Positions 49,852 to 58,667 of a stretch of 64,000 bases of DNA are shown in pieces; positions within the stretch are counted from its first letter, which is position 1, and each line of letters opens with the position of its first letter. The DNA is from an uncultured Acidobacteriaceae bacterium (lineage in GTDB: Bacteria > Acidobacteriota > Terriglobia > Terriglobales > Acidobacteriaceae), in contig CAVTED010000003.1 of NCBI GenBank assembly GCA_963733795.1, positions 155,149 through 219,148 on the forward strand, written 5' to 3'. A program made the translations under genes and the position numbers. The notes beneath the pieces are model-generated. The model saw only the letters and a program-made list of their open reading frames with translations, did no database searches and was not told where the DNA came from.

Positions 49852-50424
49852 ATGCGGCTGAGTCGAGTGGTTGAGTTCGTTCTGCTCGCGATTGTGTTGT
49901 TGTCGATCGCGCTTCCCGTGAGCCTCGCAGCCCAAACTCCCGACCGCTTCGAGGTGTTCGGCGGTTACTCTTACACTACGTTTTCGATTTTCGACAGATA
50001 CAGTGGTCCGTGGCAGCGTTTCGGCTACAACGGTTGGGAAGCGGCGGTGGCAGCGACAATCGTGCCGCACCTGGCTGTTGAAGGGGACTTCGCGGGCGGA
50101 TTCTCCAACCCAAACGGCAACTCCAGTACCGTTGAAACCTTTATGGGCGGCCCGCGCATTTTCGGAAATTTCGGCAAAGCTTCGGTTTACGCCCACGCGC
50201 TGGTCGGGGAAGTGAGCTTCGCTGTTGGGGGGAGCGGTTCAGCCATGGCAGTTGGCGCCGGTGGTGGCGCAAACATTTGGATGACCCGCCACATCGGAGC
50301 CCGGATCATTCAATTCGACTATCTGCACACCGGCTTCATCTCTGCTGCGGTTCTCGGGAACGGCGCCACTACGAACGGCCAGAACAACTTCCGAATTTCA
50401 ACCGGGGTTGTTTTCCGCTTCTGA
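49852..50424 (+). CDS. outer-membrane beta-barrel protein (OmpW/OmpA-barrel-like)
   Basis: GGAGG lies 5 nt before the ATG at 49852 (track ORF starts at GTG 49840). It has a signal peptide ..PVSLAAQ, alternating beta pattern and the terminal motif GVVFRF. Confidence 0.7.
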   Translation: MRLSRVVEFVLLAIVLLSIALPVSLAAQTPDRFEVFGGYSYTTFSIFDRYSGPWQRFGYNGWEAAVAATIVPHLAVEGDFAGGFSNPNGNSSTVETFMGGPRIFGNFGKASVYAHALVGEVSFAVGGSGSAMAVGAGGGANIWMTRHIGARIIQFDYLHTGFISAAVLGNGATTNGQNNFRISTGVVFRF

Positions 50425-50487
50425 CGGGCCAGCCACTCGGAAGCTCTCTGTCAGTTGGCGAAACATCGCTATTACGCTCATTGAGGT

Positions 50488-50682
50488 ATGCTCTCCCCAT
50501 CTTTGGAATCCGGTTTCCAATGCGCGGCTTGTGGAGAATGGAACACAACTTCTGTGGATGAATCCGCGGGACGGCGGCAGAGCTATGTGGAAGATTGCCA
50601 GGTCTGCTGCAAGCCGAATGTGCTTCGCGTCGAGTATGACAATTCATCGCAGGAATTTCTTGTTACCGCGGAGCTGGAATGA
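50488..50682 (+). CDS. CPXCG-motif Cys-rich small protein
   Basis: FQCAACGEWNTTSVDESAGRRQSYVEDCQVCCKPNVLRV. Confidence 0.7.
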   Translation: MLSPSLESGFQCAACGEWNTTSVDESAGRRQSYVEDCQVCCKPNVLRVEYDNSSQEFLVTAELE

Positions 50683-50687
50683 AAAAA

Positions 50688-50771
50688 CAGACCTCAGACC
50701 TCAGACCTCAGACCTCAGACCGCAGACTTCAGACCGCAGACTTCAGACCGCAGACTTCAGACCGCAGACTT
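50688..50771 (+). repeat. 12 tandem heptamers: (CAGACCT)4 then (CAGACCG CAGACTT)4
   Basis: Read directly. The partly complementary GAGGTCC repeats at 50808-50843 could pair with it. Confidence 0.9.
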
Positions 50772-50904
50772 CAGCTGGCTTCATCAAAGCAGGCGCGTGG
50801 TTGGGCGGAGGTCCGAGGTCCGATGCCTGAGGTCCGAGGTCGGCATATTCGCTCTCACTCCCGTCTCGCGCTATATTTACTTGCTCACGGAAAGGTCGAC
50901 CGCA

Positions 50905-51267
50905 ATGGCTACTGGCTACGGCGCTGGCAGGATGGTGGCTCACAATATGGTGACTACGCAGTTTGAGCTTGACGGGTTTCGCGTGACGCGGACGTTGGGG
51001 GTGGTGCGGGGGATCGTGGTGCGCTCGCGGTCCATCTTCGGAACCATCGGCGCGGGCTTGCAGACGCTGGTTGGGGGCAACATCACGCTGCTTACGAACT
51101 TATGCGAGAAGACGCGGGCGGAGGCCTTTGACTTGATGCTGCAGCACGCGGCGGAGTTAGGCGGGAATGCTGTGGTGGGTGCTCGGTACGATGCGACTGA
51201 GGTGATGCAGGGGGTGACCGAAGTGCTGGCCTATGGCACGGCTGTATTCGTGGAACCGGCCAAATAA
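50905..51267 (+). CDS. ybjQ: YbjQ/UPF0145 family protein
   Basis: [28 protein letters not shown]...[15 protein letters not shown]...AYGTAV. Confidence 0.8.
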   Translation: MATGYGAGRMVAHNMVTTQFELDGFRVTRTLGVVRGIVVRSRSIFGTIGAGLQTLVGGNITLLTNLCEKTRAEAFDLMLQHAAELGGNAVVGARYDATEVMQGVTEVLAYGTAVFVEPAK

Positions 51268-51270
51268 CGA

Positions 51271-51735
51271 CTAACCGCAGACAAACTTCTCGTGGCACCA
51301 GGTTGCGTCGAACCTGCCTTTTTCAACACTACCGTCCCTGAAATGGAGTTCATATTCGCCCGCGGAACTCTTGTCGTTTATGAACTTGTCGAGATGCAGA
51401 CTCCCAGAAGTTGCCGCCTCGCACGCCCCTGGTTTCAAGCACCGAATCGCTCCAACCTCGGTTGCACGCACCTCGACGGAGTACGGAGCCGACTTCGGAA
51501 GGTCTTTCCAAATGGAAATCTTAACGAAGGGCTCGCTGTACTTTCCGCACTCACTCTTCTCCGCAGTGAAATAGAAATCGAGGGCGAGAGCGTCAGTCGG
51601 TGCGCAGCCATATTGCGCATAGGAGAAAGGAAAATGCGCGGGAGGACCAGCCTGCGGGTTGGAAGTCGCGGATTCAGGTAGAAGGAAACCCGCCAGCAGG
51701 CATACGGTCGCGGTTGCTTTCAACAGCCACGGCAT
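51271..51735 (-). CDS. hypothetical secreted protein
   Basis: The ATG at 51735 lies within track ORF 51271..51822. Signal peptide MPWLLKATATVCLLAGFLLPESA. Confidence 0.5.
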   Translation of the reverse strand: MPWLLKATATVCLLAGFLLPESATSNPQAGPPAHFPFSYAQYGCAPTDALALDFYFTAEKSECGKYSEPFVKISIWKDLPKSAPYSVEVRATEVGAIRCLKPGACEAATSGSLHLDKFINDKSSAGEYELHFRDGSVEKGRFDATWCHEKFVCG

Positions 51736-51760
51736 CGGTTGTTCTCCGGTCAGGCGAAAA

Positions 51761-52186
51761 CTATTCTTTGTAGATAAATCCTGCGACCAGCGCGGCCAGG
51801 ATCGCGCCCAGCCACATGTCAATCATCCAGCCGAGGGGAAGGGCGCGGCCTACGGCGGACCATTCGGCTTGCGCGAAGTTGTCGGGGAAGCCGGCAAAGA
51901 AGCCGGCCAGAAATCCGACTTTCAGAGCGGTGCCGGGACCGGGACCCAGGCCCGCACGCGCCCAGGCATAGAGATGCGCGATCGCGATGGCCATAATAAA
52001 CAGCGTCAAGATCCAGGCGCCTGCAAAAAAGGGATAGCGCGGCGACTTGAGAAAGTGTCCGGCATTTTGGGCCACCGCGTAACGCGCATCGGTAATCACG
52101 AACTTGCCAATGATAAAGCTCCACAGCGTCCAGACCACGCCTCCCGCTAAACCGCCTAGCCAGATTCTGCCTCTGTTGAGCGCCAT
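51761..52186 (-). CDS. hypothetical integral membrane protein
   Basis: GGAGG RBS before the ATG at 52186; 4 hydrophobic segments. Confidence 0.5.
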   Translation of the reverse strand: MALNRGRIWLGGLAGGVVWTLWSFIIGKFVITDARYAVAQNAGHFLKSPRYPFFAGAWILTLFIMAIAIAHLYAWARAGLGPGPGTALKVGFLAGFFAGFPDNFAQAEWSAVGRALPLGWMIDMWLGAILAALVAGFIYKE

Positions 52187-52590
52187 GCGGCACCTCCTGT
52201 GATTTGCTTTTTCGGAACAGGGCCCGGGACGAGATGGGCGCAGTGTACACCAAAGGGTTGGTGAACGGGTTGCCGCCGGTAACGGGGAGATAAAAAGCAA
52301 GCCGCGGCAGAAGGACCGCGGCACGTCGAAGACCGGGACCCACACGGAGCTCTCACAGCCGAAGCGGCCGTGGCTGCGTCAGCAAAATCGCGCGATCCGC
52401 GATCCCCGACGCGAATTTCCACAGGGAAATCCGCGTCCCTCGCGGAGGTCAAGAAAAATCGAAGCGAAAGAATAGCGAAGGAACCTAGGCCATAAACGCA
52501 ACCGCTTGTGGTCGCCTGATTGGTTAACCACAAGCCTTCGTAGTTTCCCGAATCAGCGTCCAAGTGGGTTGAGGACCATCAAGTTTCTGC

Positions 52591-52618
52591 TTGACAATAA
52601 ACGACTTAGCGCTAAGAT
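52591..52618 (+). promoter_or_regulatory. Pmra-like sigma70 promoter (TTGACA-16-TAAGAT)
   Basis: Read directly, 209 nt upstream of the mraZ ATG. Confidence 0.55.
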
Positions 52619-52648
52619 GTGGTACAAAGTGGTACGAAGTGGTAGAGA
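52619..52648 (+). promoter_or_regulatory. three 10-bp-phased direct repeats GTGGTAC/GTGGTAC/GTGGTAG: candidate MraZ operator
   Basis: gtggtacaaa gtggtacgaa gtggtagaga lies immediately after the -10 element. MraZ is known to bind phased GTGG/TGGG-type repeats at its own promoter. Confidence 0.55.
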
Positions 52649-52826
52649 CAGTTAAGGCCGTGGGACGCTGGAGCTGAAAACGAGGAGCCGGTGGAAAACC
52701 GACCCATAAGCACGATAGACAGCCCGAAACGACCGAGTTCGAACGAGTTTTGCGTGCTAGTAACCTCCGTTGTGGTGGCAGAGATCCTTCGGCGGCAAAA
52801 AGCGTGTCGCCTGAGGATGACAAAAC

Positions 52827-53267
52827 ATGTTTCGCGGCAATCATCCAACCCGGGTCGACGAAAAAGGACGGCTCAAGGTCCCGGCCGAGTTCAAGCGGGT
52901 GATCGACGAGAAATACGGTCAGCAATTCTACATCACAAGTTTGGATGGCAAGGTTGCTCAGGTGTATCCCTTCGAGGAATGGGAGCGGATCGAGCAGAAG
53001 CTGGCGGGGCTCTCCAATTTCAATCCCACGAAGAAAAAATTTCTGGACCGGACGAACTACTACGGGCAGCAGGTCGAGATGGACGGGCAGGGACGGTTGT
53101 TGCTGCCGCAGTTGCTGCGCGAGACGGGGCAGATCAAGGGCGAAGTAGCGGTTCTGGGGAATTTGACGTATCTCGTGGTCAGGAACCTGGAACTGTTCAA
53201 GCGCGAGATCGAGGAAGAAAAGTTCACGCCTGACGATGAGAAGACGCTCGACGAATTGGGCATCTAG
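52827..53267 (+). CDS. mraZ: transcriptional regulator MraZ
   Basis: MFRGNHPTRVDEKGRLKVPAEFKR and a second ..MDGQGRLLLPQLLRE repeat (two SpoVT/AbrB-like halves). Confidence 0.9.
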   Translation: MFRGNHPTRVDEKGRLKVPAEFKRVIDEKYGQQFYITSLDGKVAQVYPFEEWERIEQKLAGLSNFNPTKKKFLDRTNYYGQQVEMDGQGRLLLPQLLRETGQIKGEVAVLGNLTYLVVRNLELFKREIEEEKFTPDDEKTLDELGI

Positions 53268-54250
53268 TGGGCGAGGGTTTAACAGACACCCCTCAGGGGG
53301 TTGGGCATGGTGGTGGAAGGGAAGCCAGCCATGTTCCCGTTCTTTTAAAAGAAGCGATCGACTTTTTAGCCGTGCGGCGGGGTGGGACCTATATCGACGC
53401 CACGGTGGGCTTGGGCGGACACAGTTACGAAATCGCAAAACGCCTCGGCGCACCGGGACATTTGATTGGCTTAGATAAGGATCCTGCAGCGCTGAAGATT
53501 GCGGGCTTCCGGCTCTCGGCTTCCGGCTTTCGAACTCATGTAGATCCGGAAGCCGGAAGCCCAGAGCCGACAGCCGACTGGCCGACGATCACTTTGCTGC
53601 ATCGATCATTTGCAGAGATTGCGAAGGGTCAGAAGGCGGCGACGGTGGATGGCGTTCTGGCCGACATAGGCGTGAGCAGCCTGCAGTTGGACGATGCGGC
53701 GCGCGGATTTAGTTTTCAGGCGGATGGACCGCTCGACATGCGGATGGATCCGCGGTCGGAGCGTAGCGCCGAACAAGTGGTAAACCACCTCGACGAGCGA
53801 CAGCTTGCCGATGTGATTTACGAATTCGGAGAGGAAAGGAGGTCGCGGAGAATCGCCAGAGCCATTTGCCGGTCGCGGCCGATACGATCTACCGCACATC
53901 TTGCGGACGTCATATCAGCCGCGGCCCGGCCAATGAATCAAGCAGAGAGGCGAATTCATCCGGCGACCAAAACTTTTCAAGCTCTTCGAATCTTCGTAAA
54001 CCGCGAACTGGAGGATCTGAAGGCGCTGCTGGAAGCGGCGCCGCGGATCCTGAAGCCGGGAGGACGCGTGGTGGTGATCAGTTTTCACTCGTTGGAAGAC
54101 CGCATCGTAAAGGATGCCTTCCGCGAGGGCGCGATAAAGGACAAGCACTTTCGAGTCCTAACCAAGAAGCCGGTGACGGCAACTGAATTAGAAAGCGATC
54201 GCAATCCGCGGGCACGCAGCGCGAAATTGCGAGCGGCGGAACGAATTTAA
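53267..54250 (+). CDS. rsmH: 16S rRNA (cytosine1402-N4)-methyltransferase RsmH, with an about 25-aa insertion
   Basis: HVPVLLKEAIDFL, YIDATVGLGGHS, DGVLADIGVSSLQLD, GPLDMRMD, ISFHSLEDRIVK. The start overlaps the mraZ stop. Confidence 0.9.
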   Translation: MGEGLTDTPQGVGHGGGREASHVPVLLKEAIDFLAVRRGGTYIDATVGLGGHSYEIAKRLGAPGHLIGLDKDPAALKIAGFRLSASGFRTHVDPEAGSPEPTADWPTITLLHRSFAEIAKGQKAATVDGVLADIGVSSLQLDDAARGFSFQADGPLDMRMDPRSERSAEQVVNHLDERQLADVIYEFGEERRSRRIARAICRSRPIRSTAHLADVISAAARPMNQAERRIHPATKTFQALRIFVNRELEDLKALLEAAPRILKPGGRVVVISFHSLEDRIVKDAFREGAIKDKHFRVLTKKPVTATELESDRNPRARSAKLRAAERI

Positions 54251-54260
54251 AAGCTGGACG

Positions 54261-54340
54261 TCGGACCTCAGGCGTCGGACCTGAGCAAAACCGACGGTCC
54301 AGGTTGAAGGTCCAAAGTCCGAGGTCTGAGGTCCGATTTT
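54261..54340 (+). terminator. long hairpin plus T-run after rsmH (REP-like, GGACCTC family)
   Basis: TCGGACCTCAG (54261-54271) pairs perfectly with CTGAGGTCCGA (54326-54336), with inner partial pairing, followed by TTTT. Confidence 0.55.
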
Positions 54341-54688
54341 AGAGTTTAGCTCCGGAAAACCTGCCGGAGTTCCCGGCACAGCTGTAATGGCGTGCCGGGC
54401 CCTAAAGATTCAGGTTCAAGCGGACAAAGATCCGCTGGAACAAGCTGAGAGCTGACGGCTGATAGCTGAAAGCTACTTTCGGGTTCCGTGGTAGGAATCC
54501 AAATTGAGGTAGCGGGACATGCACACAGGCACCATGCACACAGGAACACTGATCAGCGATTTGATGGCGACGGTAGAGCGGGCCGAGCAGAAAGTGCGCG
54601 AACTCGCTATGGAACAGGAGCTGCATACGATCTTTGCCATGCAGATACCAGTGACAGAGAGAGACCAGATGTTCATGGGGGCGGCATA

Positions 54689-55156
54689 ATGGCAGCAGCG
54701 GCGGCAACAATGCGCAGTGCGTATCCCGAGACGTATTCCGAGAAATATTCCGACACATATTCCGACACAAGGACAGAGCGTCGGTCGTTTTGGACAGGTA
54801 CGCCGGAGATCTACTTTTCCAAGGCGATCGACAATTCCCGTCTGGTCAAAGTGGAAGATCCGCGGCGCAACCGCGAGATGAAACAGTTTGGCACCGCACT
54901 GGCTTGCCTGTTTCTGCTGGTCTTCACTTATGCCTGGCAGCACTTCAAGGCAATCGAGTACGGCTACCAGATTGAATCGGCCAAGCGGGAACTGAGCGAG
55001 CGAACTGAGATGAATCATGCACTGCGTCTGGAAGATGCGTCGCTGCGTGATCCCGAGCGGATTGATGTGCTGGCACGGCGGATCGGATTGGTGCCGCCGG
55101 AGCCGGGGCAAGTGATCCGCATGGATGCTACCTCAGGCGACGGCAAGGGCCGGTGA
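54689..55156 (+). CDS. ftsL: cell division protein FtsL-like
   Basis: Single TM segment (FGTALACLFLLVFTYAW) followed by a coiled coil, positioned between rsmH and ftsI. The start is taken at the ATG at 54689 within the track ORF. Confidence 0.65.
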   Translation: MAAAAATMRSAYPETYSEKYSDTYSDTRTERRSFWTGTPEIYFSKAIDNSRLVKVEDPRRNREMKQFGTALACLFLLVFTYAWQHFKAIEYGYQIESAKRELSERTEMNHALRLEDASLRDPERIDVLARRIGLVPPEPGQVIRMDATSGDGKGR

Positions 55157-55528
55157 TGGCGAGCGCCGCTCCGGTGATGGTGATCCCGGGGCAGTAGATC
55201 GTGTGGCGACAGATTGTGTAGGAGGGTTTGTGTGGGTCCGGGTCTTTGACCCGGACGGGCCGAGCGAAGCTCGGCTGGATCTCGGCGGCGGCCTGTCTGT
55301 ACGTGGGCCGCCATGTTTGTCTGACGGCAAAAAGCAAGGCAGCGGTCTTGATGGAAACTCCTTCGGCGCGCCGATGATGTGCAGCTCCAAGGGATCCTTC
55401 GACTCCGCATGCCGATTCGCTTCGCTTCGCTCATCGACATGCTCCGCTCAGGATGACAGGGCGGAGGAGGCGAACGAGAAACCACGAACGACGAACGGCG
55501 AATGACCAACGACTAACGACCAGTTTCA

Positions 55529-57730
55529 ATGGCCAACAACTCCAGCCTCGGCAACAACTCTAGACTCTACTTTCTGGGCGCGCTGATGCTGCTGTGGTGC
55601 GTTGCGATTTGTGGCCGGCTCGTCTTTCTTCAGGTTTTCAGTTACGGCAAGTTCGTCAAGCAGGCGGGCCACCAGCAGCAGCGCGCCATCCCGCTCGCCG
55701 CCAAGCGCGGAGTCATCTACGACCGCGCCGGCCATGAGTTGGCCATGTCGGTGCTCGTCGATTCTGCGTTCGCTGTGCCTACGGAAGTTAAAGATCTTCC
55801 GACCGCGGTTTCTCTCATCACACGCATCACGGGAGATGATTACAACGTTGTTCTAGCGGATTGCCGCGCGCACAGAACGTTCTGCTGGGTAGCGCGCAAA
55901 GCCAACGACGAAACTATCCAACGCATTAATTCGCTGAAGCTGCAGGGAATTCACTTCCAGAAAGAACCGAAGCGCTTCTATCCGGCGCGCGATCTAGCGG
56001 CGCAGGTGCTGGGTTCCGTTGGCATGGAGGATTCCGGGCAGAGCGGCATCGAGCATGAATTCGATGACGAACTTCGTGGAAGCCCGGGAAAAATGTTCAT
56101 CTCGGTCGACGCGCGCCGGCAGTGGTTCGCGGACGTTGAAACCCAGCCTGATCCGGGCGACAACCTGGTCTTGACGATCGACAAGAATATCCAGTACGTC
56201 GCCGAAAAAGAACTAGACCAGGCGATTCACGACACGCAGGCGATCGCAGGAACTGTGATTGTAGAGAACCCGCATACGGGAGAAATCCTCGCGCTCGCCA
56301 ACCGGCCGACGTTTAATCCGAATCTGCGTAAGCAGATTACGCCGGGAGCGCTGACAAACCGCGCGGTCAGCTACGTCTACGAACCCGGATCGACCTTCAA
56401 GCTGGTGACGATCTCCGCGGCGCTGGAAGAGAAGCTCACGAACCCGAATGAAATTTTCGACTGCCAGATGGGGTCGATCGTTTACAACGGCATGCGCATT
56501 CGCGACTCCAAGCCGCACGGCTTGCTGCCGGTGTGGGGAGTGCTCGCGGAATCGAGCGATGTGGGGTCAATCAAAATCGCGCTGCGGTTGGGCGAAGATC
56601 GTTACTACAAATACATTCGCGCATTCGGGTTCGGGCAGCGGACCGGGATTGAACTTCCCGGCGAGACTCGCGGCTTGACGAAGCCCCCGAGCCGCTGGTC
56701 GCGAGTTTCCATCGCCGCCATCTCGATCGGCCAGGAGATTGGCATTTCGCCGATTCAACTCGCCGGATTAGTCTCGACCTTTGCCAACGATGGCGTGTGG
56801 GTGGCGCCGCGCATCGTTGCTGGAACTGTACAGCCGCGAGGCACGCCGCAGACGGTTGCGTTTCATCCGGGCGCTGCGCACCGCGTGATTTCTTCCTACA
56901 CAGCTGCCGAGATGCGCGCGATGATGCAGAAAGTTGTGCTCGAAGGCACGGGCCGCAAGGCGATTCTCGAAGGTTATACGTCGGCGGGAAAGACCGGCAC
57001 GGGGCAGAAGGTCGATCCCGCGACGGGGGCCTATTCGAAGACAAAATATATCGGGTCGTTCGCCGGCTTCGCTCCCCTGAACAATCCCCAAATCGTGGTC
57101 GCGGTGATTCTGGATTCGGCCATGGGACTGCACCAGGGCGGCCAAATCGCTGCGCCAGTATTCCGCCGCATTTCTCAGCAGGTGCTCGAGTATCTGCACG
57201 TGCCGCACGACCTGCCGCTGGCTCCGCAGCATCAACTGCTGTTGGCGCAGGCCAAGACGAAAGATAAGGACCTGGAAGAAGGAACCCCGGATCATCCCGG
57301 CGAAACGCTGGAAACCGCGGAAGTGAACGGCGATTCTTCGGAGGCGGCGAAGCCGTCGAGTGTGGCTCAGCCGCCCACGCCCGCGAATGCCGCAACCAAC
57401 GGGAACGTCATGCCAGCGGCAATACGAGAGCCAGTTCCCTCGAACGCCACCGACGCGGCGAATGCCGGAGTTCCCCAGAAACCTGCAGACGCTGTAATCC
57501 AAGCGAAGGAAAAATTGCCTTCCAACGGAACTGTAGTGCTGGACGTCGAGCAAGGCGGAATCGAAGTGCCGTCGTTCGTGGGCAAGACTGTGCGCGGCGC
57601 TGTCGAATCCGCGCAGGACATTGGCCTGCAACTTGAAGCCGTAGGCAGCGGTATTGCTCGCCAGCAGTCCCCGGTCGCAGGCACGCATGTGGCCGCGGGA
57701 GCGCGGGTCACGGTGCAGTTTGGTCGGTAG
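55529..57730 (+). CDS. ftsI: penicillin-binding protein 3-type transpeptidase (FtsI) with C-terminal PASTA domain
   Basis: N-terminal TM segment, SxxK (GSTFK), SSD, KTGT, and C-terminal VPSFVGKTVRGAVESAQDIGLQLE. The 733-aa ORF is intact. Confidence 0.85.
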   Translation: MANNSSLGNNSRLYFLGALMLLWCVAICGRLVFLQVFSYGKFVKQAGHQQQRAIPLAAKRGVIYDRAGHELAMSVLVDSAFAVPTEVKDLPTAVSLITRITGDDYNVVLADCRAHRTFCWVARKANDETIQRINSLKLQGIHFQKEPKRFYPARDLAAQVLGSVGMEDSGQSGIEHEFDDELRGSPGKMFISVDARRQWFADVETQPDPGDNLVLTIDKNIQYVAEKELDQAIHDTQAIAGTVIVENPHTGEILALANRPTFNPNLRKQITPGALTNRAVSYVYEPGSTFKLVTISAALEEKLTNPNEIFDCQMGSIVYNGMRIRDSKPHGLLPVWGVLAESSDVGSIKIALRLGEDRYYKYIRAFGFGQRTGIELPGETRGLTKPPSRWSRVSIAAISIGQEIGISPIQLAGLVSTFANDGVWVAPRIVAGTVQPRGTPQTVAFHPGAAHRVISSYTAAEMRAMMQKVVLEGTGRKAILEGYTSAGKTGTGQKVDPATGAYSKTKYIGSFAGFAPLNNPQIVVAVILDSAMGLHQGGQIAAPVFRRISQQVLEYLHVPHDLPLAPQHQLLLAQAKTKDKDLEEGTPDHPGETLETAEVNGDSSEAAKPSSVAQPPTPANAATNGNVMPAAIREPVPSNATDAANAGVPQKPADAVIQAKEKLPSNGTVVLDVEQGGIEVPSFVGKTVRGAVESAQDIGLQLEAVGSGIARQQSPVAGTHVAAGARVTVQFGR

Positions 57731-57735
57731 GAAAA

Positions 57736-58461
57736 CTACTTCAGCTGCGCCAGTTTCTGGGTTGCGAGCTGTCCCGCTTCGGCACCGGGATTTTCTTTCT
57801 TGATCTGCTCGTAGAGCCTCTTGGCTTCGAGAGGTTGGTTGGAGTTCTGGTAGAGTTCGGCCAACTGCAGTTGCGCCGTCACCTTGCTGACGGATGCGGT
57901 CGGCTTGTTGATCAATTCCTGATAAAGCGCTATGGCATCTTTCGGGCGATGGGTCTGGCTATAGAGCGAGGCGAGAGCAGACTTGGCAACGGCCGCAACC
58001 TCTCGGTTGCCGGTGGAAGCTACCAGCTTGAAGTTGCGCTCGGCGGCGGTGTTGTCATTTAAATTCGCCGCGGTCACGCCGAGGAAGTAATGAGCCATGT
58101 CGGCGGTACGGGTGTGAGGATACTTGTCGACGATGGCCTGAAACTGCTTCTGCGCGGTCTGGGCGCGTTCCTTGGCGGAAGTGAAGCTGGGGACGTCAGG
58201 CTGAGCGGGGCTCCCTTCTGGACGGAGTTGAGTATCCATGGTGCGCACCGCCTGCGAGAGGTCGAAGCTGGCCTTTTCGTCCTGGGCGCTCAGGTAGTAC
58301 CATCCGCCAATCACGGCGGCGAGAACGATGGCGATGGCGACTGCGGAAATGAGCAGCGTGGTGCGGTGGGCGACGGTCCAATCGGCAGTTTTCTCGGCGG
58401 CGTCGAAGGTTACACGGCTGAAGGCATCCTGTTTCAGTTGATGGCGGGTTTCTGCGCGCAC
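57736..58461 (-). CDS. TPR-repeat membrane-anchored protein (YfgM-like)
   Basis: N-terminal TM segment (LLISAVAIAIVLAAVIGGWYY) followed by TPR-like helices. Confidence 0.6.
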   Translation of the reverse strand: MRAETRHQLKQDAFSRVTFDAAEKTADWTVAHRTTLLISAVAIAIVLAAVIGGWYYLSAQDEKASFDLSQAVRTMDTQLRPEGSPAQPDVPSFTSAKERAQTAQKQFQAIVDKYPHTRTADMAHYFLGVTAANLNDNTAAERNFKLVASTGNREVAAVAKSALASLYSQTHRPKDAIALYQELINKPTASVSKVTAQLQLAELYQNSNQPLEAKRLYEQIKKENPGAEAGQLATQKLAQLK

Positions 58462-58498
58462 GGACTTCCCTTCTGAATAGAACGGTGGGCTGGTCGAA

Positions 58499-58526
58499 CT
58501 AATAACGACAAACTAATAATGACAAA
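58499..58526. repeat. tandem 14-mer CTAATAAYGACAAA x2 upstream of the TPR gene
   Basis: Read directly. On the gene's strand it reads TTTGTCRTTATTAG, sharing TTTGTCA with the array at 48101. Confidence 0.8.
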
Positions 58527-58667
58527 GTAAAAGTCTAACAGGGGCACATCGGCGCGTAAAGTGCGGATCGGCCTGAATGGCTGCCGGCGTCCTGAGTGGA
58601 TTGCAGGGATGCTTCGGCCCGCAAAGAGCGCGGGTCTCAGGATCACAGAGCGCTTTAGGAGGTCACG

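Noticed and set aside
50688-50771. The tandem repeat arrays here, at 14892-14964, at 16831-16867 and at 48101-48152, considered as CRISPR arrays.
   Set aside because: The units are 7-12 bp and directly abutting, with no unique spacers. No cas genes are nearby.
50679-50966. ORFs 50679..50966 and 50408..50830, which encode repetitive peptides ([21 protein letters not shown]...).
   Set aside because: They are simply translations of the tandem heptamer array. There is no RBS, and they overlap the better-supported CPXCG and ybjQ genes.
52524-57688. Long antisense ORFs opposite mraZ/rsmH (52524..53453), ftsI (56571..57395 and 56768..57688) and other intact genes; similar cases include 1399..2091, 5145..5867 and 37506..38258.
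   Set aside because: These are typical high-GC shadow ORFs. They have an Arg/Gly/Pro-rich composition and no motifs, and each is fully overlapped by a gene with clear family signatures on the other strand.
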